This document shows, piece after piece, positions 11,934 through 26,900 of a DNA stretch of 64,000 nt. The stretch's first letter is position 1, and every line of letters starts with the position of its first letter. The notes below the pieces were generated by a model. It had not been told where the DNA came from and did no database searches. It saw only the letters and a list, made by a program, of their open reading frames with translations. Source of the stretch: Tubulanus polymorphus (taxonomy: Eukaryota; Animalia; Nemertea). The translations under genes and the position numbers were made by a program. The stretch is taken from the NCBI RefSeq assembly GCF_964204645.1, contig NC_134027.1, forward strand, positions 6,976,485-7,040,484, given 5' to 3'.

Positions 11934-14900
11934 ATGCTGGACATGTACGAAGATCAATTCGAGGAGTTTAAAGCCAGAGCGAAGCGTGGCTCTGTGGACA
12001 GCTATCTTATAGGACTTCAACAACGCGAAAGGGCACAACAGAATGTTTTAAAAAGTAAGAATATCTCAAATCTGTTGAACGCGCAGCCACAAGAATGTTC
12101 AGTTTCAGCCCCAGCGTCTAGAGAATCTACTCCACCGGGCAGTTACGTAGCGCCCAAAATGAGTACGTCTCCGGCCAGATCACCGGGGCATACGCGGTCG
12201 TGCAGTTTACGAAAAAAACGGAACCGACCAGGAGAATTGATGTTAGATTTTGATCCAATAAGACCGAGAACTTCCAGTATGCCGACCAAAAACGATTTCA
12301 AGAAGCCTGACTTTTTAAGCCCTCCATCGCCGACATCGTACATGAAACGTTCTTCAGAAAAGGACGAGGATCATTGTCCACTATACCGGGTGCGAAGTTT
12401 CCGGACAACGTCGAAAGGAATTGTAAATCGCGGGGATTCTTTCAAATCCCGTTCGACAAACAGTGTAGCATCGACGGGCAGTTTGGGAAGTACAAGCCGT
12501 CTGAGTAATTCTATGGATGACTGTCGGGCAGGAGGATGCTCAGAAAGTGTCAAATCACACGGAAGTACTGCAAACAGTGTAGCATCGTCAACTGGGTCAA
12601 CGGCATACAGAGTCATTATATTAGGTGCTGGTGGTGTTGGCAAAACGGCAATAACCAAACAGTTCATGACGTCAGAATATATGGGCGCTTTCGACACAAC
12701 AACCGGTAAGTGAACTTTTGGTAAATACATATCATAACCGCCACTCAAAATGGTAGATTCCATTTCTGTCATCTTTGTGACCAAGCGTTGATATAATTCA
12801 TCAATTGCGTGGTATATTTCTTGCCAGCGATATTTCTAACGTATCGATTCCGAGTATCAATTAGCATGATGAAAAACTGAGGTGGTAAATAATTGCACCT
12901 GGCACTTGGCAGAGATGATATGTCTGAGATGCGCATTGGCCAGAGTATTAACGAAGAAAGATTAACCGAGACGGCGTGTAGTGATAACGATACTATACAG
13001 TTTCTTGGATGATCCTCCGAATCGAATACGCAAGAAAGCGATAATTTCTTATCCAGACTGATGAGTCAATAACATCGAATACGACGTCGATTATCAATAA
13101 ACTCAATCAGTTATCTGAGCATATATTTACACACAACTCACGTTCAAGCGACTCGAACTCTGAAGCAAATGAGAATCTACGAGAACGAGATGAGAGAGAA
13201 TCAGAAAACGTTGGTATACAAAAAGAAAACCTGCGTCCACATTACTATTAACACGCAGAATTTTGATAGTGAAACAACAATCCAGGGTTTTAATACTAAC
13301 GCATAGAAAGTGGATAGGATAAAAATAACGTACATGATCCACAAAAATCTATTGAAAATGGTTGATTTTTATTGGATTTTTTTCCGCTTTTATATAAGGT
13401 TATCAAGTTCCGGTAAACATATGTATATATAGTCTATTCAGAAAAAAATATTTATATATACTCATAACAGTAGAACGCTGTATGACTCGACAGTATGCTA
13501 CGCCTTGTGATTAATTCTTAACGATTTTCCCCGTCATCGCATATTCAGAAATACAGCTGTTTCATTCATACTTTGCAGCACCTGTTCGAGACTTATCTTA
13601 ATGTATGGAAATCATGATGCAATGCCGTATCATACACAATCCATACTTATAGTACTATCAACTAGAACCATTTTCCCACTAAGTGACACCCATGAGACTT
13701 TCAAGCCGAGGTTCCCATTAGATGAAGGATGAGGAATTTTGGAAACGCTCAAAACCAATCGTCCCGAACAGCGTGGACGAATTTCTTTCAATTTCTTCTA
13801 ATTTCTTCGAATTTTTATTATCAATTCCCAAATAGCCTACATTTTAAAACAAACGAATGATGGAATTCGCCTTCAAATTTTATATTTATGGATATACACT
13901 ACGTAGGTGTGCTATGTGAGATTTTCTGAAAGTGTAATTTTCAGATTAGAAAATTTACTAATTAATAGAAAAAGGTCTTCAATCAATAGAATGCCTCTCC
14001 CGTCGTTCGTAAAATAGAATGACATCATTGTGTGATGACCCGAGGATAGGTTGCTAATGTTGACAAAAGATAGTTTTAGAAATTTGACAAAAAGCAAAGC
14101 TTATCATTTCGAAAACCGGCGTGGCACAATTGCACATCGTGATAGAATCTAAACTCAGAGCGCTTTTTATTCTGAATCATCTAATATGATGCTATGATAT
14201 TTGATACCTTTTACTCCTCCCAAAAATCAACAAGTAACAAAACATCGAAGAATTAGAATTAGAAGATTAGTAATAGCGAACACAAATATCTGAATATAAG
14301 AACTAAAGCGTGATATGGTGAATTATAATTTGTATGCGATGTTTCGGCTGACTTTTCATCTTTCATTCTTGTCACTCATAATTCATTCAATATGGCATGA
14401 AAGAAAATCTCAGATGTTCGGTGCGACATATGGATGCATACTCGTGTCATTCATTCAACTAAACCGCGTCAGAATATCGAATATAGTTTCCGTAATAAAC
14501 GAGAAGCATTTCATCGATCAGGTTTCCCGTCGAAATCTCCTAAACTTGCGTGTGAAACAACGCATATCATAGACAAAAATCAATTCTTTACAAAATGTTG
14601 ATCCTTCCCGCAAGAGCAATGTGCCGCCCCGTATCATTATTGACGATTGTCTTAATGTACTCGCAAATCCCAGTACCGTCTACCAAGGCAGCTCTTCGTA
14701 AATGCGATTGGCAATAGCATGTGCTCTAAAATACGTGATATCTAAACGGTATATACAACTGAATAGTCAACATTTACCAGAGAAACGAAAAAAATGTTAT
14801 ATACGTAGGCCTATGTGTGCTTTCGAAGAATTCAAGCCGGCAGCCTTTTGGCCCTGGTTCAGCTACGTCATTATAATTATTGTTTACCTATCCGGCGAGT

Positions 14901-17900
14901 GAGGTTAAACACAATAACGCATTTGTATGTTCAAAAAAATAAAACATTTGAAGCTCTCTAACGAATAAGATACGAATACATGTAATCAATATGTTGAAAA
15001 TGAGGGCCGTCTGAGGTTTAATATATTCGTAAGCAGTCTTTTTGTTCTGTATGTGGCTGTCTGAGATCTTATTTGCATTCCTTTCTCATTGGACACAAAT
15101 TTGAAGTGAGTTCTACCGAGAGCTTGGAAAAAAATCCAAACTTTCTTCATTAAGAAAAACGGGAAAGCCGACGACGAATCAAGCACCTGCATCGCGCCGC
15201 CTGTCGCTTCCACTGTCGAGGCGCGATTAAGACTAGTTATCACGAAATAAAAATCGTCGAAAACCGCTGCACGAAAAAAAAAATCTCGTGTGATTCTAAA
15301 GAATTCATTCATTCATTTTCCTCACTCAGGGAGACATCCCTCATTATCTTCGCAATTACTCGAAATGGTACGAATTGTTAAATTGAATTCAGACAGCAAG
15401 AATAATTTGGACATAAAAAGTAATTCTGCAACATGTGAAAGAAACAAACCCCGCGTCATAAAGATAGGAAAGTTTTACTACTCGAATCCAGGATTGGAAT
15501 CAATGTAAGGATTTATATATGATGAACCGATATAAGGGGATTAAAAAAACTGATGCGCTAGAAAAAAAAGTCAGGATTCTTTGAATTTATGTTTCTGATG
15601 CTGCATTTCTGTTCATCTGACACGTTAGTATATCTGTCATGGCATTATTCACACCTTAATGTATATACATTATTGCCGACGATTGAAATCAGCATTGTCT
15701 CTTACTAAATGCTATTAAGTCTTCAATGTGGTAAACAATATCAATCATTCAAATCAAGATGGAAATTTCATATTTGAATCGATGGCATCTCTCGCAGAAA
15801 ATGTTAAATTGGAAATAAGTAATTTGTTACACCGTTGTATATATACACACTTTCCGTGTGGTAATTTATGAAATGCGTGATTGAACCATTACTTTCCATT
15901 ACGTGGGATGTGTCTTCGACTTATCACGTGCACTGACTTAATTACAATTGTGAATTGCAGTGCGCCCTTCAACAGTTGTATGAAATATGAATTGGATATG
16001 TCATCGAATAAATTCTTCAAATGGCGAATACAACTGGAAAAGCCTATGTGAAAATAACAGTTATTTATTTGGCTTTTCATCGATTGTCGAATTTACTTAG
16101 AGAAGTATATGTATGATATCAAAAATTCTAGACTAGTCTTTATGAATTTTTGATGATATGTAGTCTGTCGATTCTGGTGGAGAGGGCGTGTCTGACTGAA
16201 GCTACTCGGTTCTACCAGGGAGGTGGGACCTCCCTGGTTCTACCGAACAATACCAAATATAAAGCTATATACACATTATATGAACTTTGCTCGAATAGTT
16301 TAGAAAAGAAGAAATACAGGAATGAATCCACGCCATTTGTTGTTGGGATATATGGTCTATATGTTTTGTCTTGTTTAACTTTGTTGACGTATCACTAAAA
16401 TGTTTTATTGTAAAATTTATTAGTGTCAATAAAGTATTTGAATTGGTCTAGAACCTCAGTGATTAAATAAGAAATATATTCAAATACTGTTTTATCAAAA
16501 AAATCCGGAAGAATATACCAAAGACTAGAGTTACCGATCCCATTTGGTTGTTAAGTGCGCCTGGCCTGATTCAGTGCTCCCCATCTCCAGAGCCCAGTGT
16601 AAAAACCGCCTTGAAATAAACCTGAATATTCGCACCAGCGGTGACAATAGCAAGCAAAACACGTCTAACTATTTGGGTCGGTATTAGATGCCAGACTTCA
16701 TGTTCGGGTCAGTGTTACTGATCCCATGTCGGGACAACTTATCCCAACAGTAACTGGGAGGTCTCGTAAACTTTATGTATATATTTTCACGATATCTAGG
16801 AATGCCTTCGCCTTAGACGAATTGCCGCCTGAAATATGTGCGCAGTTTCTTGTGTACTCGATCAAAATATTCTTCTCTTGTCTAGGAAACCTCTTTCGAA
16901 GCTGCAACTCTATACTATTCTCTTACTACGCAGTGTAGCGTATGATTCTGAGTAATATGTTACTTTGGTGTAATGGTGAATATCATAATGTAAAATGTAA
17001 AATTCATAGAGACTATAAGTCTTAATGAATGTTCGGTGAAACGTATGTCTTTCATAATGTCATCTGTTTTTCCTTTTCATTTGATCAAAGGATCTATCAG
17101 TTTTCACATAGGTTTAATATAATATGGAAATGTCCCGAAGGGAATACAGAAAACTGCAGCGTATGTGCTATTAAACAATTTTATTTCTGCAATTCATGCT
17201 TAGCATATAACATAACACTAAGCAGGCTTATTTTATCCCCGAGTTCATACGGTGAATCTCGAATCTATAAGCAAGTAGCGTGGAACAACATTTGCAAGTT
17301 GCGTCCATGTAGTTTCCAGATGGTATGGGGAAGAACGTTGGAGGGAAGCCTATAAATCAGCGGCAATAGCATAAGTCTATCCGAACCTAAATCCGAAACC
17401 ACGCACAACCACCACAAATAAAGCTAATTCAATGAGCGAGTTAATTCAATATCTTCCTAGTTAAGCGACGCTTGTACGCAAATGCTGCTCTTCCTTTTTT
17501 CCGGGATATGTAAAATCGGAAGTAGATCCTGAAAATAGTCAATATATTATTGAATATTACTTATATAGTTTGTAATAAAAAATGATACAACCGCCGGGAT
17601 GAATGCTTTGATCTATTCAAATCAAAAATTTGTGACAAAGATTCGGCCAACAACTTGTAAGTGATTGGGAAAGGATAACCATCTGAAGAAATTCTATCTG
17701 TTACTCGTGTATTTGTAGTGTTTTGGCAGCTCCACGTTTGTTTTCGTAAGGAAATAAGATAAATCGCGCAATTTAACTGATGATCTGCCATGTACTGAGA
17801 CGTTTAGTCCAGGTTCAAAAAGACCGTGCGGATCCTAATTATCAAATAATTGAGACACACTGCATTCATCATTTGTTTCCACAGCACAATCTTTCTGTAA

Positions 17901-20900
17901 TACATTTTGCGTTTTTATATTCAAAAATAAAAACGAAATAAATACTTATTTCTGTCCGCGGATATACTGGAACCATTGTATATCGATGTCGCAACTAATA
18001 GATGGGGAACATAAATTGTTCTACGGATATGTCCTAATCCGGTCCGAATTCGATAAGTATCGGTCAATAATTAATCAAAATGTCGCATATGCGAGTGAGA
18101 CCACGACAATCGTTACACTGAGGCAAGGTTGCTGAGTTATTATAACACCCGAATATTTACTCAATAATTGCAGAAGCTTCCAGAAAAAATAACGTTTTCG
18201 TATGCTCTTTTTCAAACTACAGTGAACCCCCGATATACCGCCCTCCCGTTTACCGCCACCCCCGCTTACCGCCAGGTTTTCTCAATGTACATCTCTATAT
18301 ACAAATACATAGTAAAACACCGCCGATATACTGCCATACTCTCTATACCGCCATAATCATTCTGCACCGATGTGGGCGGTATATCGGGAGTTGACTGTAT
18401 TTAACTTCATTGGGATTTTCTGTCCGTTCGGCAGAAAACCCTATTGTTATTCCCTAGATTATTATTATTACTATCGTGTATCTTCCGATTTCTTAGTCTC
18501 AAGGCGCTGAAAAAATCGAAGAAATTCGAACGACACAGGTACCGATTCAAACCGCCAATCAATGGAAAGTAGTCGTCTTTCTTCTTTTGCCAAACCAATA
18601 AATTCCAGGATTCGAATCGAATGATATCGATCTGATGAGACGCCATCTGCAATTCAGCCGGTGGAGCGAGAAAGGACTGGCTTCAAGAATATCCAATACA
18701 TATGTGCAAAATGTCGTTCGGCAAGATTAGTTCATTCTATCAGTTCATGCGACTAGTGAATACACTCATATGCATCCGTCATCGCTGCTTTGCAGCTTTT
18801 GTAACGTGGAGTTTTTGTTTGGAGGGGGGATAAAAAATCTTCACCAAGAGCACTGAGGTAACAGTTCTATGGCTTTGGTAGGAAGGTAGGTCCCATTATG
18901 TCATTGCAACCTTCATTCAATTATTGATGCTTACGGGGAACTTTTTTTTGGAGAGATTTCTCTTCTCGAGTGTTGTTTTCTTAGTATTTCATCACGCTTC
19001 TGCGAGCGAAGGAATAAATAGGGTTTTCTGATCGGAAAGGCGAAGTATCTGAAGCGGCCAGCGCACGACGCTTAAGCATTTTTCTTAATGTCCCTCGAGA
19101 CAGAAGAGCTGTTGTAGATCGGCTAGCATCGAGGTTTTGTGATGAGAATCTCACCTGTAAAAGAAGATAAACAAGGCTTTCTAAAAAAAGTATACGTCCA
19201 TGATTGGGGCATTCTGACTGATGGGTGGAATTAGACGTGCGCTCAATGTAGGCTGTATATGAAGTCAGCATCGCATGTTTTAATGTAAAGAAGCTTTACT
19301 CGATATAATTCTTTATAATTGTCATCGTGTGGGATTATAAGCGATAACTTCATTTGGCTTATTAATACTGACGGGGAGTTGCATATGGATATTAATTATT
19401 TTGATCAGCGCGCACATTGAGTCGATCGGCTTTTATTAAAATGAATTACGTCACCAAAGAAATAATAGAAGCATTAGCGAAGTAGGATTTATCTTGCGAA
19501 ATTATATTGAAAATGATCGTTTCTTCATCGGCGTAAACCTCAAGTTGCATTGAGTGGGGATTTTCTGTGAGTGCTTGCAGTTCTCCAACCATCCATAAAG
19601 TTCCAAAGATTTATGTCACTATTAGGCAACGCGGTCTGCGCCCAAGGGACGGCATATAGCCTACAAATATCGTTACCACAACCAGTCAGCGCATTTTCTC
19701 AAAAAATTGTTTTCAAGATCAACAAATATAGAACGAAATCAATATGAGATGCGTGATAATGTCTCAACGTACTGATACTTCTTTAGCTTCATTTGCAATA
19801 GATGTACGCATCTAATCTAAGGATCTGGTCATCAATTAACGCTCATACAAGTTACTAGTTACAAGTTAGTTTATTCATCATAATCAAGTGACATGATTGT
19901 CAATGAACAACGAGTCAGTAGAAAAAGAAAACAATATACACATACATACTATACCAGAATTACAAAAATATTTACAGGAAAAAGTGTATGGGACAAGAAG
20001 TACCGTACCGTACAAATATAACTTCGAGCATCAAATTGAATACAATATTCAAATCCCGATTGAACATACTTCCCTAAATTTACCAATTCCGTTCGACTAC
20101 CTACATCATTGTGAATTCTATTTATAATATCTATTTGCACCAGCATTAACCAAATTAGATTTCGTCCTGAGATTGTTGAATTTGCTACACGTTAGGATAG
20201 TGCAGCTCATCTTCCACACAGTTACGCGTATCACAAAGCCTGTTTTCTCTACTCAATCCCAGGTGTCTGCCTTTTTCTATCATCAGTTTTTGCCTTTATC
20301 GATCGATTCTTCCTTGCTTAGATACGAACTAGTTTTCAAGATTCTTTTCCGATTAAACATCTTGCCAGAATAGTGTCAATTTTGCGTATTCAAGTGTTCT
20401 CTTTCCCTCTTTTCCTCTTTGTAGTGTCTCGTGAATAACATTTTTATTTCTTAAACTTTGGCAAAATTCTATCTAAAGAATCTATATGCAATCTTTCATG
20501 ATGCTCGATTTCTACGTATGTCGTCTGACAAATAAACTGTGACGATTTTCCCGTCTTTGCAATGTTTGTCCATTCTGGTGGAAGTAATTCATCGCCAATA
20601 TGTTTCACAGTACTGTGATACATGTCACATGGAATTACCTACCTAGCGTTCTCAGAAAAAGATAGAGAGCGAGAAACCCTAAATTGCGCCGATGCTGACA
20701 ACCTCGTCTTGTCGTAAAGCACTTAACGAACGACGGGCTGACGCGTTAAAAAGATTGTGCTTTCATCAAAGCAAAGAAACTCGTCATTGTAAAAAATACT
20801 ATAATTTGATTCGAGTGAATAGAATGTGTCATCGAATCCGGTTTCATAAGTAATCTGTAATTGTCTCCCGCAATTGTTTCATACATACACGAGTAGCACG

Positions 20901-23900
20901 TTGTAATGTAAACATGACACGAACATGGATTAATCCAGGAATATAAGTATGAGCAACATTTCCAGCGATCGACAGGCAAAAAGTAATCATGTCGTGTGCG
21001 TGCATCGATTTTCATCACCACATCGAGATATCCCTATTGTCAATTGTTATTTCCTATTTCAAACAGTATAGGTCGGACATGTATAGAAAAATATTCAGGC
21101 ATCATACATGGGAAAGATCTACTCTATATCATCATCAAAAATGTCGTTGCCACGCTGGTTATTGACGATGAAAATTAAACGACAATGATGCATCTATTAC
21201 GGATGTTATTAAGCTAATAAATCATGATCTTTATTACTAATCACCGGAACGTATCACCCGGTGAGACATTCATGCCGTTTTTCGCTCTTTTTTTCTTAAT
21301 CGGTTTTGTTGTCAAGAGAAATCCGATGGCGAATCTGCACAATTTAGAAAACACGTCTTCGCATTCAACTGGGAGATTAGAGTTTGATATTTTAACCGGC
21401 AACCCGGTTATCTTATCGTTTATTTTTGGGATCTCGCTATCCTCGATTCAAGCGTTGATTGATAGCACGTTGCCATTAGTTTGATGAACGTTAGGTAAGA
21501 GAAGTCGGAAAAACACGTCGTTTAGTCTACACAGTCGTTAAGAATACGAAAGAAAAAGTTTTATGTTTTCGTGTGCATACGTCAGGAGTTCTTGAGTTAG
21601 GTTCTATTTAAATTCAAATTGTTGTTTTCGACTGTGTTAGCAACTGTGTTTGAGCGAATGACTCATGAAAAAGAATTCAACTTCCCCTAAGATAGCACGT
21701 TGCATTTGACATTTCTTCCATCCCTGAGCAAATTAACTGTTTCATATACCGGAGCTGTATCTGTGCTGATTGAAAACAGGCACGCACGGAAATGGAAGAC
21801 ATCAATTATCATAATGGCTCATGCGACAGTTTAATCCAAATTAATCCAAATTCACCGCAAATTTTTAGGTACACTTCTTGATTAGGAAACCTGACGGAAA
21901 TATCACGTTTTTCAGTAATACGAAAGATGATATTTTATCATATTTTGCTACTATTCGCATATATATAGAATTCGCATTCTATCTAAAAAATGTGTCCCGG
22001 GGAATTTGATATTATAAGTGTGGCTTACGATTTTATTAGTCCTTGTAACAAAATACTGATGGAACTTTAATGAAATATTGAGACATTCTGTGAAATCGGC
22101 CTTTAGTCATGAAAAGGTTACACGTAGACCCATTTTTGCAATAGCAAATAAGTGAGAACAAATGAACCTGTATTGGATATTGGCCAGTTGGACTAAATTG
22201 TAGACAACAAAACCTCTGTTGGAGAACAGATTATACAGTTTAAACAGGAATGGATTTATTATCATAGGAATAATATGCGCTGAAACGTATAACACCTTGA
22301 TCGTACGTACGCGAAGCCATATAATGCATGATGAAATATTCACAGAAATTTGAACAGTAATATCGTATCGTGGGTTTATCGATATACGGCTTCTATTTCA
22401 TTCTGCAATCAACGGCGCAAAACGGCTGAAACCTCCACACCGAGAATTAGATATCAGATTAAACAACCTGTAAACAATAAACCTATATTCCAGCTCTCAC
22501 ATGCGTTTAGGTTTATTTCTATTAATTTCAGCCAGCCATAATTCTTTCTACATTGCTGTACATCATTGCTAGTATACACGTGTCTGAGAATGTACATGTA
22601 CGTACAGCATCGTCACTCGCGTCCTCACGCATATTCTGAAATTTCTAATTTAAATTCCAGGATTGCTGACACCAGAATTGACCCCCGAGACGCCAGTTGC
22701 AGTGACTTCCCCAGGTGGAACCGTCCGATTCAGACGTAGGTTTATGTTCGGTGATTGGTCGCCTCACTATACTCTAACTAGACTAACTGTAGACACCTGC
22801 GGTCAATCTGATGTTCTTCTTCGTTCGGGTTGAAAGAGTGCCCTTTCAATTGCAATCAAAATAACATGGATTTGGGTAAAAACCAGCAAATTTTGTGAAA
22901 ACCAAGGGCCAAAGGTCGGTTGCTCAAACGTAGGTGATCATCAACCTGAATTACAAACTACACTGTTACGATAGCATTGATCAGATGGATAATATTACCA
23001 AACGTTTGAGCAACATACCCCATGATTTTGGAGTCTGTTAACTTTTCCTGAATCTCACCCGAACGAAGTTGAATTTGTTAGCTTGGAATTGGGTCCCTAG
23101 CTCGTAACACACGCCCTGGTCGCTTTACTAATCACACCTTTCACCATAGATTAGTGTTGTGTCTTATGGTCTTATGGTCATAACGTAAAACTCAATTTCC
23201 TATTGTGTTTTACATTATGTTTTTTATTCTACATTTCAATGATTGTGATGCATGAAGAACTAAATGAATTTTTCACAATTTTTATAACAAATAAAATATT
23301 CAACATTACCGCACAGTTGGGAATAGAAACTGCAACTTTTTGAAATTTTACTCGGCCGATTTCAGCCGAGCTTTTGTTATGTAAACGAAGAGAGCGTAAA
23401 GTATTGCTGAAAACTAGCAATGCGGAGAAAGAAATTCTACTGCCTCTAGGGATGATGACAATTTTCCCTCGACATCGACGAACGCGATCAATATCAAGTG
23501 ATACACACCTTTCTCAGTGGCACCAATAATCACTCAACATAAAAATGTATCTAGACTTGAAGGCATTATCTTTCCAGATATAACCTCTGCCGAAACTTGC
23601 TTAAGTAATAATTTAAACATCGTCGTATTTTGACAAAACAAAATGAATTTTGATCTAATTTTACCAAAGTTTGTTGATTGCAATCGTATCATTGAGTCAA
23701 CGCCGCTATCTATGTAAGTCGTTTACAGTTTTTTTCCCAAATTAATTACATTTTCACGATATTGACATCAAAATTTCGATGGAAATGCCTTTGATCGAAC
23801 GTCAATTCAAGACTCTACCTACAGGCGCCCTTTTCTATTGATATGTTTATTAATTTTATTGCCGCTTCCTCGCTATATCAGATCAACGTTGCGACAAGCG

Positions 23901-26900
23901 ACGAATTCGATATGTCACTGGGCAAGTTTGTACGTTGCCCGTGAGCGAGTGGCAAAATTAACTATGATGAGATTATGATAAACGGTATTTCAGACGTGAA
24001 AATGCACTTCAAGTGGCGGAAATTGAGGTAAAAATTATGAAGTTACCCTTTTTGCTATTTCAGATTTGCTATTTTAACCTTTAGCCTCCGAGATCGTTTA
24101 CCGCGTCTATTGATGCCAGAAAGTTGGCCTCAGATCTGATCGTTTTTCTTCCATTTCCTTTATTAATGAATGGAAGAAACTATTCACGTACGAGTCATTT
24201 CCTCTCCGGAAAGGAGCCGACAGTAGTAAAACGATGACTATCGGAATATCGGATTATGCTTATAGAGTACGGTCTTCATTCCAATGTACAGGGCTGAATG
24301 GCGTCGGGCAATATGATATCGTTATTTTTAGTTCAAGTAGTTTTCATAATAACCCAAGTAGCCATGGTTCAGTAGTGCTCGAGCAATCTTTGACTTCAGT
24401 TCCAAGCCATGAAATAACAAGATTACCAAAGATTATGATGTGAGGAATATGCTTGAATGGTGGCTGGTTCAGACCATCGTGAAAAGTCTTCGCCATGCAA
24501 ACTAAGGCGACAAAATGCCAAAATGGAAAACCATTAGAAAAAGCAAAGCGAGCATGGGTATCATAACGAAAATTACCTTGCCACAACGCCGGTTTGGCGC
24601 GTTTTGGATTCTTTTTGTGAAATTTCGGCTGGTTTTTTGATAGTTTGCATTTTGGTGTTTTGTTTCCTTAATTTGTATACCGAAGAAAAAATCGAGATTG
24701 CCCGAATCACCCACCATACCATGTGCTTGCCAACGGTTCCAAAGGGCACTAGGAGTTAAGCCTTTATATGTTATGTGCGAGAAAAAATACTTGCTGCCTT
24801 ATGCGTTACAAAGCAATCGTAAATCTACGATACCAACACGAGATGGCTAGCGGTTAAATCTTGCATAGGAAAATAGACGATTCCAATTAGTCAACAAGAT
24901 ACCAAACGTATAATCATGTGCCTCGTCGACGTACAGAAACTGGGTACGCAATCCTAATTTTTTTCGTAATAACCACAAAGTGTTTCTCTGTTCACTAGTA
25001 AATTGGAATCTGTCCGATCTAATTAATGAATCGAATATTTCTAGCCTAGGGCATTTTTATTTCCGCTCACTTCCCTAATTAAGCGAAAAGAGAGTGAGGT
25101 GTTAGTTGTTTTGTGGGATTTACAAACACGCATATCGATACACGCAGGCAACTAACTGTGAAATGCAAACACCATCAGTTAAACACATCAGTATCACTTC
25201 ATTTTTATAACTTTGTACCAATTGGCCAAAAGGCATAAGAGTAAAGTAAATTAGATTTTAAAGACTCCGCTTTTTAAGACTCCACTTTGCTTGCTGGTGA
25301 AATGAAAAATCTCTGCTTCGAAGCGTGTTTGTTGATATTTCACATATATATTTACATGTCTAAAAATATATTTATGTACAGTTTATACACTACGTACGTA
25401 CATCCCGAAGCTCGGGGCGATTTGTTAATTTTCATGAAGGACGTATTACCTTACGTTACCAATCACAACCACCAAATGGAGTCATTTAGATCTATACTTG
25501 TCTGTAATAATTAGCTTTTTTGTGAAAGGTTATTCTTATAGTATCGCTCGCATATTACACAGTACACGCATCAGAAGCTCCACTAGGAACAACGGATTTA
25601 CTCTACTACCTCCGTGTGGTGTTAGTCAGTCGATGCAACCATACCTTGTTTTCTGTCCTTGCAATGGTTTCCCCCGAGTCACGCGCGGGTTCAGTCACAG
25701 TTAACGATGACCTCGTTCCCCAAGCACTGCTGCTCTTTTTTTGTTTTACCGATTCGTCAATTGTGTAAACAATACAATTACTGGACGCGTTGCATAAATA
25801 ATATCAATCATATGTTGAATCATTTGGGACATCATATTCAGTTCTTGCTTTGACAAGGTTGACACAAACAAAGCCATGCACGCCCTCGCCGTTATTTTCA
25901 AAGACGTGTGGCCCCTGACGGCGGATATTATCAACGTCATCAACTCGTGGGAGTTAATTCATTGTCCAAGATTTATTTTTATTTTAGACGACGATGACAC
26001 TGAGAAGTCAGTTTCGGTTTTGTTGGATGGTGAGGAATCCACGATGTATTTCGTCGACACACGATCGAAAGAGGTATGCATCTGAATAAATCTCTCGGGT
26101 ATCATAGTAGAATAGAACACAAAATCTATAAAAGAAATTAAAATGAAAAATTAAAAGACGATTCCGAATCTCTCTACCATCGTCAGGTGGCGATAAACAG
26201 ATTATCTCTAAATAATCCGAGTTCATGTATTGCTATCTTTTAAACATATTTCAGGATTTAATGTATTTCAAACATATTTCAGGATTTCATGAATTACGAC
26301 GAAGCTGATGCATACGTCGTGTGTTATTCAATAACAGAGCGCTCAACTTTCGATTCGGCCGTGGGCATATTATTTTCCTTGCGAAAACATATTGCACGTG
26401 AAGTGGCGACAATTTTAGTCGGTAATAAAAGTGACAACGTCAGGTCACGGCAAATCAGTGCCGACGGTAAGTAGTCAGTGAGTGGTTGGCATATGCACGT
26501 ATCGCAATCGTGTTCATAATGCGACCTGTTAGAAGAAAACGTGACTTTCACCAGGACAAAATATTATAATGTCGAAAGACTACAGGTTGCTATAGTGTAA
26601 ATCAAGGCATACTTCAGACCTTTTTCGGTTGGACCGGAGGTACTGACTGACGCATGTACGTAGGATGCACCGAAAGACGTCTAGCGTATACGCCTATGGT
26701 TGCACCAAAAGCAACGAAATACGCCGAAACCTTTATAGAAGTATACATTTAGTGGGTTCTCTTCCGGCAAATGCTGGTTGCTTTTAAGGAATCCATCAAG
26801 ATGATTACCCCGTCTCTGCACGAATGTGATTCGAGGAAATGGATTTCGGACACTTAATGCATCAGCCTATTTGTTGATTACCCTAATCAGCGTGCTACCA

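Noticed and set aside
12706-25987. Many 60-110-aa ORFs in RGK intron 1
   Set aside because: No domains or consistent splice structure, often non-ATG starts; consistent with random ORFs and decayed repeats.
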